Positions 42,101-49,284 of a stretch of 64,000 bases of DNA are shown here, piece after piece. The notes below the pieces were generated by a model. It was not told where the DNA came from. It ran no database searches and saw nothing but the letters and a program-made list of their open reading frames with translations. The DNA comes from a bacterium (GTDB lineage Bacteria; Hinthialibacterota; Hinthialibacteria; Hinthialibacterales; Hinthialibacteraceae): NCBI GenBank assembly GCA_963662285.2, contig CAXXMV010000008.1, positions 1 through 64,000 on the forward strand. Reading direction: 5' to 3'. Within the stretch, counting starts at the first letter, position 1, and each line of letters begins with the position of its first letter. Made by a program: the position numbers and the translations under genes.

Positions 42101-42242
42101 GCAACAATTGGCCGCTAAACCCAGAATGGATATGCCCGGCGCCAAAATGCTGCAATGCGACCTGGATAAAATCGCTAAATACCAGAATCAAGTTGATCTG
42201 GAAAATCAAACCAGGAAAAATTTGCAATCTTTATTGCACTGA
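39114..42242 (+). CDS. Secreted HzsA-related (hydrazine synthase alpha middle-domain-like) beta-propeller / di-heme c protein with N-terminal carbohydrate-binding-like domain
   Basis: Signal peptide; FDFETGDLQGW...GGWGHITFDD module; DIDPVYLPTGEIVFVSTR, DGRILYDRWEYVD, LGDVPVEKDGSVYFSVPA, FFQLLDDKGM; heme motifs CIGCH and CVSCH. Confidence 0.82.
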   Translation: MTNLNSLFIGRFLLILAILLVSLVQLQGFCESNNQIRFDFETGDLQGWSVVEGAFDRTICDQAVFHNHPDRAYNKQGKYYLNTLEKSDGNRTDSFTGIIESPVFSLDGAEISFLVGGGNNASIYVALCDLDGKEILKARGNNTEIMQRVFWDAKELTGQKCFLRIVDNYQGGWGHITFDDFLAQGAIDPILTKQRLAEREQIIQNERLTKTKSECQKILTSLELAIIDLNDSFASQYSNGHKYLSALNALKIKIDDLNFSDINKLNDEIASLQRQALLDNPLVMDHPILFVSRPQYLPDHHSTATIFQNGEINTASFRGKSALKVLDIKHNTTTTLIDCPDGVIRDPEVNYDGDRIVLSIRNNKADDYHLYEIDVETMHSRQLTFGSELSDIDPVYLPTGEIVFVSTREPKYCQCNRHIMGNLFKMEADGQNIQQIGRNTLFEGHPVIMPDGRILYDRWEYVDKHFGPAFGLWTANPDGTNHAIYYGNNAWSPGAILDARIIPDTQKVVATLGSCHDRPWGAIAIIDRQIGLDGIEPIIHSWPSDINSLITDSKNYGKGVSRGHPAGGQIDNFTRLNPKYEDPFPLSDKYFLCSRTIEGERTGLFLLDVFGNEICIYQEDQSGCYDPMIIKTYPTPKTIPSRVDYSRNDGLFYVADVYMGDGMKKVKRGTIRTLRIVEAPLKLFWTQTNWNLDATQAPAMNFNCTNNKRILGDVPVEKDGSVYFSVPADKFLFFQLLDDKGMMVNSMRSGTTVRPGELLSCIGCHEQRLTSAQNNMQSLALRKPPAAYKTWYGAPREFNYLTEVQPVFDKHCVSCHDYGKKAGKALNLSGDLGLVFNTSYLELRRKSSLRWFKQDANEKKLLVKSVDDGPPEALPAFAWGSHRSRLVDVILSGHGKINQDQESLDRIITWIDMNAPYYGSYASVYPDNVFGRSPLNDEDIKKLRELTGVNVGDISTELQGSQCNFTRPEFSPCLQGLKEKNPSNYATALQIIQKGKQQLAAKPRMDMPGAKMLQCDLDKIAKYQNQVDLENQTRKNLQSLLH

Positions 42243-42304
42243 CGCTATATCTATAGTTCACTTATTGGTTTAAAATTGCTGTAATATAAAACATTCGTAA
42301 TAGT

Positions 42305-42418
42305 TTAGCCTTTTGAAATGCTTGATCCCTCCCTCAAGCCTGGGGGAGGTTAGGAGGGGGTTGATCCTTCGAGGCGCAACCCCCCTCTAACTCCCCCCAA
42401 ACTTGGGGGGAGAATTTT
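42305..42418. repeat. REP doublet family B copy 2 (inverted relative to 30923-31035)
   Basis: The reverse complement aligns with 30923-31035; most differences are in the central loop. Confidence 0.85.
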
Positions 42419-42473
42419 ATCTTATCATTTCATACAGCTAACCTGTTTCGATCATTCAATAAGGAGCGGTTTA

Positions 42474-43286
42474 ATGATCAAAAAACAGTCATTGAAATTT
42501 CGCCTGCAAAGCGTTTGCCTTACGGGCTGCTTTGTATTGACCAGCGTGCTCTGCGCACTGGGAAGCAGCAATACTGAAGAGAAATGGATCAGCCTGTTTA
42601 ATGGCAAGAACCTTGATGGTTGGACAGTAAAGATCAGGTATCATGACGTCAACGATAATTTCGGCGATACATTCAGAGTGGAAGATGGACTGCTCAAAGT
42701 CTCATACGATAAGTATGACGGCAAGTTTAATAACAGATTCGGCCACATCTTCTTCAATGAGAGTTTTTCCAACTATAAGTTTCGCGTTGAATACCGCTTC
42801 GTCGGCGAACAAATGCCTGATGGCGCCGGATGGGCTAACCGCAATAGCGGCATCATGGTTCACGGACAGACGCCTGAAAGTATGGCTAAAGATCAGGATT
42901 TCCCGGTTTCCATCGAAGTTCAACTGCTGGGCGGCAAAGGAAGCGGAGAACGCTCAACCTGCAACTTATGCACTCCCGGAACCCATGTGGTTATGGATGG
43001 TAAACTGATAACAGAACACTGCACCAATTCAAAATCCAAGACCTATCACGGAGAACAATGGGTCACCGCCGAAGTTGAAGTCCACGGCAACAAACTGATT
43101 AAGCATTTTGTTAATGGCGAATTAGTTATGCAATACGAAAAACCGCAATTGGATCCCAAAGACAAATCAGCTCAGCCGCTGATTAAAAATGGCGAAGTAA
43201 TGCTGCACGGCGGAACCATATCACTCCAGTCTGAAAGCCATCCAGTAGAATTCCGTAAGATTGAAATCCTGCCTTTGGATGAATAA
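42474..43286 (+). CDS. DUF1080 / 3-keto-disaccharide hydrolase family protein, secreted
   Basis: AAGGAG RBS; WISLFNGKNLDGW, NSGIMVHG, SIEVQL, GTISLQSESHPVEFRKIEI. Confidence 0.92.
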   Translation: MIKKQSLKFRLQSVCLTGCFVLTSVLCALGSSNTEEKWISLFNGKNLDGWTVKIRYHDVNDNFGDTFRVEDGLLKVSYDKYDGKFNNRFGHIFFNESFSNYKFRVEYRFVGEQMPDGAGWANRNSGIMVHGQTPESMAKDQDFPVSIEVQLLGGKGSGERSTCNLCTPGTHVVMDGKLITEHCTNSKSKTYHGEQWVTAEVEVHGNKLIKHFVNGELVMQYEKPQLDPKDKSAQPLIKNGEVMLHGGTISLQSESHPVEFRKIEILPLDE

Positions 43287-43322
43287 GCAAGCGTAAAGCA
43301 TAAAACATATTGTATAAACAAG

Positions 43323-43361
43323 AGCGGTTTCTGGAAACGTCAATCCAGAAACCGCTTTTTT
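43323..43361 (+). terminator. Intrinsic terminator
   Basis: AGCGGTTTCTGGA...TCCAGAAACCGCT followed by a T-run. Confidence 0.85.
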
Positions 43362-43521
43362 AATGTTTATTTCCGCCTGGATGGATCAGCCTTATCGACC
43401 TATCAAATAGTCACTTCTGAAGCGACGCGCATTAATCCTCTCATAAAAAATTCCTCAATATGAAATAACTAATGTAAATACTCGTATTTATATTCAAGCC
43501 GAATGGTGAATAATTGGGGGA

Positions 43522-44019
43522 ATGATAATGCGCAGCATATTATTGATGGTTTCATTGATAGCAGTATTTTCATTGTATATTTATGTTGACACAAACAATC
43601 TGGATATCACTAAACCTGTTAAGACGATAGTTAATGGGAACAGTAGAGAAGAATTAAATAACATAGAAATTATTCGATGTTTTTTATTAGAGATAGTTAA
43701 TAAAAAATTAGATTTTCTTATTGATATTCATTTTGCTGAAAATTACAATGGATCATTTGAGAAAAAAGGCTTCCCGGATTTGACTGATCGGGAGTATTTA
43801 AAATTGCTTATAAAGGAATCACGATTTCCTTTCAATTATTCTTCAATAAAATTAGATTCTATCAATACTGACAATAATAGAGTTTTTGCTGTGTGGACTC
43901 TTGAAGATAATAAAATCCCAATAGCGCATTGCAATAATTCGAAGAAGTTTATTCATGCCGTTTTTTATCTTGAAAATGGAAAAATTATTAAAAGTATATT
44001 CTATTATGTTGAAATATGA
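43522..44019 (+). CDS. Hypothetical membrane-anchored SnoaL/NTF2-like protein (very low GC)
   Basis: N-terminal TM segment; NIEIIRCFLLEIVNKK..FAENY, NRVFAVWT, VFYLENGKII pattern typical of SnoaL-like folds. Confidence 0.55.
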   Translation: MIMRSILLMVSLIAVFSLYIYVDTNNLDITKPVKTIVNGNSREELNNIEIIRCFLLEIVNKKLDFLIDIHFAENYNGSFEKKGFPDLTDREYLKLLIKESRFPFNYSSIKLDSINTDNNRVFAVWTLEDNKIPIAHCNNSKKFIHAVFYLENGKIIKSIFYYVEI

Positions 44020-44040
44020 ATATACTTCATGCCGAATAAA

Positions 44041-44064
44041 ATGGGCCAGCGATTGCTGGCCCAT
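44041..44064. terminator. Hairpin between convergent genes
   Basis: ATGGGCCAGC-GATT-GCTGGCCCAT. Confidence 0.6.
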
Positions 44065-44102
44065 AATTAATTTTGCTGTAAAACCAATTAACATTCACCT
44101 AT

Positions 44103-44138
44103 CCGGTGGGCTACGCTGACGCTTTTAGCCCACCCTAC
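44103..44138 (-). repeat. GTAG-type REP, family C
   Basis: Minus strand GTAGGGTGGGCTAAAAGCGTCAGCGTAGCCCACCGG; near-identical copy at 59884-59918. Confidence 0.85.
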
Positions 44139-44139
44139 T

Positions 44140-44169
44140 TTAATACAGCATCCAGGTTTTAACGCTGGT
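44140..44169 (-). other. Conserved C-terminal motif, copy 3 (TSVKTWMLY*)
   Basis: Follows a P/T/S/E linker (PTPAQESTPD). Confidence 0.8.
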
Positions 44170-47100
44170 ATCAGGGGTTGATTCTTGGGCTGGAGTGGGT
44201 GATGCGCTTTTCCAGTTTTGGGGATCATTGCCTGATTTTATGGTTGAGATGCGTTGTAGTGATTTTCCATCACCATCCGCTTCAACCGGCCAAGGAGTTT
44301 GGTGGAAATAGATTATCTCGTCTACTATCGACCATGACATCGAACCATCAGTGGGATCAATCGACATTGGTTTTTCGAGAGCGATTCGCTCGCCGCTGTT
44401 GGACAGGTTGCCGGAGTATGGCCCGATAATCTGTTGATTGGTTATATCAATGTTATACGCGGCGGTGAATATATCGCGCAACATTGCAACTGTTGGATCG
44501 AAAGCAACCAGCAGGATTCGTCCCTGGGCTGGAATTGTTGTATCAGGCGGAAGCATAAATTCTACGCCGCCATCCAAGCGCCATACGCCGGTTTCGTTCC
44601 ACAATTGAATAGCCCGGGCTGTCGGGTTGTACAATTCGATGTACTCACCAATGGAGTTATCATCCGGTAGATCGGGATTTGTAACCGGGTGATACATCAT
44701 CTCGTCAATAACTACATGCGCGGCGCCCTGGTTATTGGTCTGGTCGCGTGACGCTTCCATTGTCACCCAGAAGGCGTCGCCGTCCTCATCATGACCCAAA
44801 GACAATAAGGCCTCTTGGGCTTTGAACGATATGGCGTCGGCTACGCGGTCGATTCCAGGAGTTCCCGGTAGATACGAGAGGAAGAGTCCTTCTCCATCTT
44901 TACTCAAGGCAAAACCTTGACCAGACAGATTGAAGCCAGTCTGCTCATCAAAACTTATATGACCGCCAGCCGAAATCTGAAATGGCGGTAAACTCCATTT
45001 TTTCAAGTCGTCAATTTCATCGCTCAGATACCAACCTTGTAATGCAACATCAGACTGCGACTTATTGAACAGTTCGATCCAGTCATTTGAATTCGCGCCG
45101 GACGCATCACTGGTATTGGCCATAAATTCATTCAGCACGACATTGACCACTGGTTCGGGATCGGCTTTACCCGGAGAGCCGCCGATGAAAGCACTTGCAC
45201 GCCAGTTGCCGCCATAAGCCAGTGAACCATCGCCCTCGGTTGCTAAAGCGGATTCGATTGGAACCAGGGAGTGCCCGGCGCCATCAGCGGCCTGAGACCA
45301 CCCTCGACCATCATTAAACTCAAAAGTTATCAGCGTCTGTCCGGCGCTGGATGCTTTTAATGTGATGATCTCGCCGGAGTTGGATAATTTCCCACTATAT
45401 GGACCAACTATATTGGTTGCGGCATTGAGCTGGTAATGCTGTTGGAAATCAGCTTTATCAGCCAGAGTTGCCGAATTGGTAAGCAGCAGATAGCCATCTG
45501 GCGGGATCAGAGTATCATTCGGGAACACATATTCTATACCGTTAGCGAAAGCCATGCCGCTTAGATCGAGCGTCTGGCTTGAACTGGAATTATGCAACTC
45601 AATAAATTCAAACTCTGTTCCAGCGGGAGGATTGTACATCATTTCGGTGATGCACAGGTTTTGTTGTACGGCAACCTGAGCGCTGGATTTTTCCGTGACA
45701 AACTGAACCGGTTCAGACCAATGACTCCAACGGCCTGTATTATCCTTCATGCGGACGCGGACGCGGTAGGTTTTTCCGGCAGCTACTTTATCCGCAGGAA
45801 TGGTAATACTGTTATTGAAGGTGGTAATCTCTTCGGATTCCCATATTGGATCTATTTCGTATTTCAAAGGCTTTGTAAGATTCTTCGGGAATGGTTTGGG
45901 CTTAGGTTCCTCGCCATCGTCACCGCCATCATCGACAGGCTCAGGTTCTTCTGCGGCTGCTACACAGACTATAGCAAGGTCAATAAAACAATCAGAACTC
46001 CTGTCGATATACTGATTGATAACCTGAACCGCAATGATGTTATCTCCCTCGACCAGGAACTCTTTAGGATCAGGTAGTTCATATATTGCGTAATTAGTAT
46101 CTTCCCTATGCTCCGCTACTGAATCAAAGGGCATGTATTCTGCATCCACATGGTCATGCGCAACATACTTACCATTGATCCACATATTGAAACCGTCATC
46201 GAACAATGCATAAGCTGTCATAATGCCGATTGATTTTATATTATTAATCGTGATTTTTTTGCGCAGGTAGATGGTAGAATAGTTATACCTCATATCATCA
46301 AGAACATTGATTAAAAAATCTTCACCGTAACCCATTGGGGTTTGCCCTGATTCCCAGGAGGCGTCATTAAAACCAAGCGTTCTCCATTCGCTAACCGGAT
46401 CAGACGGTTCCGCCAGTCCCTTAAAGTATTTCCATGTGGCGTTTGGTTCCAGAATAATTTCATATTCAGCGGGTTGACCCGGATTAACAGGTTCATCAAT
46501 AACACCATCCCAAACTTTTGCATAAGGCTCTACTTCAGCAATGCGCCATTTCATGGCGTCGAAGGTATCAGCGCCTTGAGGGTCGCTGAAAGGCGTAGTC
46601 TCGAATGTTAATTTATCTATTTTGTAACCGTTAGAAAATGCTGCGGTCACCTCTGGAATATTGGGAGCATTATTATCCTTTAAGACAACCCGATTGATCC
46701 ATTGCGTCCGGTTTTGGACATAATTATTCATAATCTTCAGCATTCCGGGGAAATCTTTGGTTTGCGCCATCTGATAAAAACGGCCTTGCCCGGATTTACT
46801 AGGATTATTCAAGCCTTGATTAGCCGCCGCACTAGACATTGCCCAATGATAATCCCACATGGCGCGGTCAGCATCTACGAAGGAAAGAGCATCCGGCTGA
46901 TAGATGAAAGAAGCGAATTCGTTTATCAGTTGTCCGGTCTGGTCGGGATTATAAAGTAAATCCAAAATCTCCCGCATCCGGTTCTGATAACCAATATCTA
47001 ATGCTTCCTGCCGCAACACCCCGGCTTGTTTGAATGGATCTTCTCCATCGCCAAACATGTTATCAGCCCAGGTCAGATCAAGGTCCCATGCAAGTTGAAT

Positions 47101-48963
47101 CCATTTGTTTGATTCAGGATTCAGGTAATAGTAATAGTTCTTGCCATAGGCGATATCATATTGATGGATGCCTTCGACGATGCAGCGGTAGTTGTAATAG
47201 CGATCCATATCAACATTCGCTTCCCACCATGCAGCATCTTTATTGCGCCTATAGTCATTCATAAACTGGTTCATATCAGATTTATCAGATACGCCTTGAG
47301 GCGACTGGTTTTTAATTTCTCCAGTACCGCCTTCCATTTTATAGAGGTTGCCGTCCGGCAGATTGTGTTCATCAAGAAAGCGTCCATCGACCTGTTCGGT
47401 TGCGAGGTACAGCCCCCAGAAATCTCCATCGTATTGAGTTCCTTCATCAGTCAATGGAGCATGAGCATCATTGAGCAGGCCATCTTCATGCTCTTCATCT
47501 ATGATGCGGAAGTGGATAAAAGCCGTATTGGCGCTCTCTAACCCAGCCATGTTGAATAGTTTGAATCCAACCGATTCAAACATCCCCTGTTCACCGCGAT
47601 GCATATAATCGCCCTGCTGAATGCAGGCGCCCAGATTTATTTTGTCCCATTGGGTAGCGAATTTCTTACCATAGTTATCTCTGGCCTGGAATGAATGCCC
47701 CCGGTTCATGTTGAATTTCCACATATTCTTGCCCATAGAAAAACGCCAGGTTCCTCCACGGGCGCGGAACCATACGTGGTCATAGACTATTCCGTCAAAG
47801 ACTATCGTGCCGGTATAGTAATAGTCATTGCCGCTTTTATGATCGAACCAGGTGCATTTTTCGGCTTCAGCTTTGCTGGTGATTAAGTGATAGACGGGGA
47901 TTGCACTGAGCATTTCAGAACTGTAGTTTACCACATCAGTTCTTCCAGGCCGTGCGGCGCCTTGCCAATCGGGTACGCCATCATAGACGAAGTATGCAAA
48001 ATTGGGTTGAGCATCATCCGAATATGGAACGGTAACTGTATTACCCAGCGAGTCAGCAGCTTCAATGCGGTAACGTATCAGCCGTCGATGAACTTGCAGG
48101 GCAGAATCTAACTCAGCGGCAAATATCATGTCTCCGGCTACCTTATCGCCATTAAGGCCGTCATCGTTCATTGCGACATTGATCCATTGACTCTTGTATT
48201 TTGAATCATTGATATGGATATATTTTCCTGGATCAACCACCTGGTATTGCAGCGTTACGCTGGCGACGCCATCCGGATCAGTGGCCTTGGCTAAGATAGT
48301 TACCACCTGATCAGAAACTGGTTCTTGAGGCGCATGTCTCACCTGTCGTATCAGGGGACCAATATTATCGGTGAAGACGCTGTTCTGTTTGGACGGGGTT
48401 GGAGAAGCTGAACGCCAGTTGCCCGCCAGATCATTATCAAAATTTGGATTAACCAGCTGAATGGAATGACTGGTTCCCGGCTGATTTTCTGGAACCGGAA
48501 CGCCAACCGTCGGCCATGGGAAACCTAACTGATACTCAACCCGGTCAATAAGTTTTCCATCTGCGTTCCACAGTTCAACATTATCGCTATTATTATCCAG
48601 CCGTCCTTCTAAAGGCCCAATCACTTTAGAACTGGATACGCTATATTTATTTCTAACGGCTGCTGCATTCTGGGCGGTAACCAGATAATTTCCTGCAGCA
48701 AGGATAGTTGAATTTGGAAATGTAAAATCTGCGGCGTTTCTAATAGTCCAACCGGAAAGGTCTTCATCCGATGAACCATTATTGTAAAGTTCAATGAATT
48801 CAACTAATTCTGTTTTATTGTCGGGATCATAGTGAATTTCATTTATTACAATCTCAGCGTAAGAAACGCTGGAGATAATAAGCGATAAGCAAATAGTTGA
48901 AATTGTACAAGATACGCGATAAGGCAAGCGAGAAAACTGGTTAAAAAATTCAGATTTCGACAT
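44140..48963 (-). CDS. Secreted lamin-tail-domain (LTD) / CotH kinase family protein with C-terminal W-motif
   Basis: Signal peptide ...SSVSYA|E; four LTD starts (VINEIHYDP, ITEMMYNP, VLNEFMAN, VIDEMMYHP) with EFIEL/DWIEL; CotH motifs FRARG, GLYLATEQVD, GNLYK, KNYYYY...WDLDLTW; ends TSVKTWMLY. Confidence 0.88.
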   Translation of the reverse strand: MSKSEFFNQFSRLPYRVSCTISTICLSLIISSVSYAEIVINEIHYDPDNKTELVEFIELYNNGSSDEDLSGWTIRNAADFTFPNSTILAAGNYLVTAQNAAAVRNKYSVSSSKVIGPLEGRLDNNSDNVELWNADGKLIDRVEYQLGFPWPTVGVPVPENQPGTSHSIQLVNPNFDNDLAGNWRSASPTPSKQNSVFTDNIGPLIRQVRHAPQEPVSDQVVTILAKATDPDGVASVTLQYQVVDPGKYIHINDSKYKSQWINVAMNDDGLNGDKVAGDMIFAAELDSALQVHRRLIRYRIEAADSLGNTVTVPYSDDAQPNFAYFVYDGVPDWQGAARPGRTDVVNYSSEMLSAIPVYHLITSKAEAEKCTWFDHKSGNDYYYTGTIVFDGIVYDHVWFRARGGTWRFSMGKNMWKFNMNRGHSFQARDNYGKKFATQWDKINLGACIQQGDYMHRGEQGMFESVGFKLFNMAGLESANTAFIHFRIIDEEHEDGLLNDAHAPLTDEGTQYDGDFWGLYLATEQVDGRFLDEHNLPDGNLYKMEGGTGEIKNQSPQGVSDKSDMNQFMNDYRRNKDAAWWEANVDMDRYYNYRCIVEGIHQYDIAYGKNYYYYLNPESNKWIQLAWDLDLTWADNMFGDGEDPFKQAGVLRQEALDIGYQNRMREILDLLYNPDQTGQLINEFASFIYQPDALSFVDADRAMWDYHWAMSSAAANQGLNNPSKSGQGRFYQMAQTKDFPGMLKIMNNYVQNRTQWINRVVLKDNNAPNIPEVTAAFSNGYKIDKLTFETTPFSDPQGADTFDAMKWRIAEVEPYAKVWDGVIDEPVNPGQPAEYEIILEPNATWKYFKGLAEPSDPVSEWRTLGFNDASWESGQTPMGYGEDFLINVLDDMRYNYSTIYLRKKITINNIKSIGIMTAYALFDDGFNMWINGKYVAHDHVDAEYMPFDSVAEHREDTNYAIYELPDPKEFLVEGDNIIAVQVINQYIDRSSDCFIDLAIVCVAAAEEPEPVDDGGDDGEEPKPKPFPKNLTKPLKYEIDPIWESEEITTFNNSITIPADKVAAGKTYRVRVRMKDNTGRWSHWSEPVQFVTEKSSAQVAVQQNLCITEMMYNPPAGTEFEFIELHNSSSSQTLDLSGMAFANGIEYVFPNDTLIPPDGYLLLTNSATLADKADFQQHYQLNAATNIVGPYSGKLSNSGEIITLKASSAGQTLITFEFNDGRGWSQAADGAGHSLVPIESALATEGDGSLAYGGNWRASAFIGGSPGKADPEPVVNVVLNEFMANTSDASGANSNDWIELFNKSQSDVALQGWYLSDEIDDLKKWSLPPFQISAGGHISFDEQTGFNLSGQGFALSKDGEGLFLSYLPGTPGIDRVADAISFKAQEALLSLGHDEDGDAFWVTMEASRDQTNNQGAAHVVIDEMMYHPVTNPDLPDDNSIGEYIELYNPTARAIQLWNETGVWRLDGGVEFMLPPDTTIPAQGRILLVAFDPTVAMLRDIFTAAYNIDITNQQIIGPYSGNLSNSGERIALEKPMSIDPTDGSMSWSIVDEIIYFHQTPWPVEADGDGKSLQRISTIKSGNDPQNWKSASPTPAQESTPDTSVKTWMLY

Positions 48964-49284
48964 ATTATAAATTCCCCATTTGATTAAAACGTATTGTTAT
49001 ATGGCTTACTCATATAAATATAGTATATCAATAGTAATCCGGCAATATTAATACTGGAATCCTTAACCATCATTCATTGCTTCAAAAAAAAATCTGGCGC
49101 CAATATATTGTCACTTTAATATACGTTTAAGATAGAAAATTGTTTCAATTTAATACTACGATATATTAGTTCTTTTTATTCAAATTAACCATCATAAAAA
49201 ATTCTGAGGCAAAAATAGGACATTGTGATAAATTAATTTGCACAGGGCGCTCTCATAATTATCATAGACAAATGGGGAATAGTT

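Noticed and set aside
39114-42242. Anammox hydrazine synthase
   Set aside because: No hzsB/hzsC or hao genes nearby; HzsA-like domains are widespread in non-anammox bacteria.
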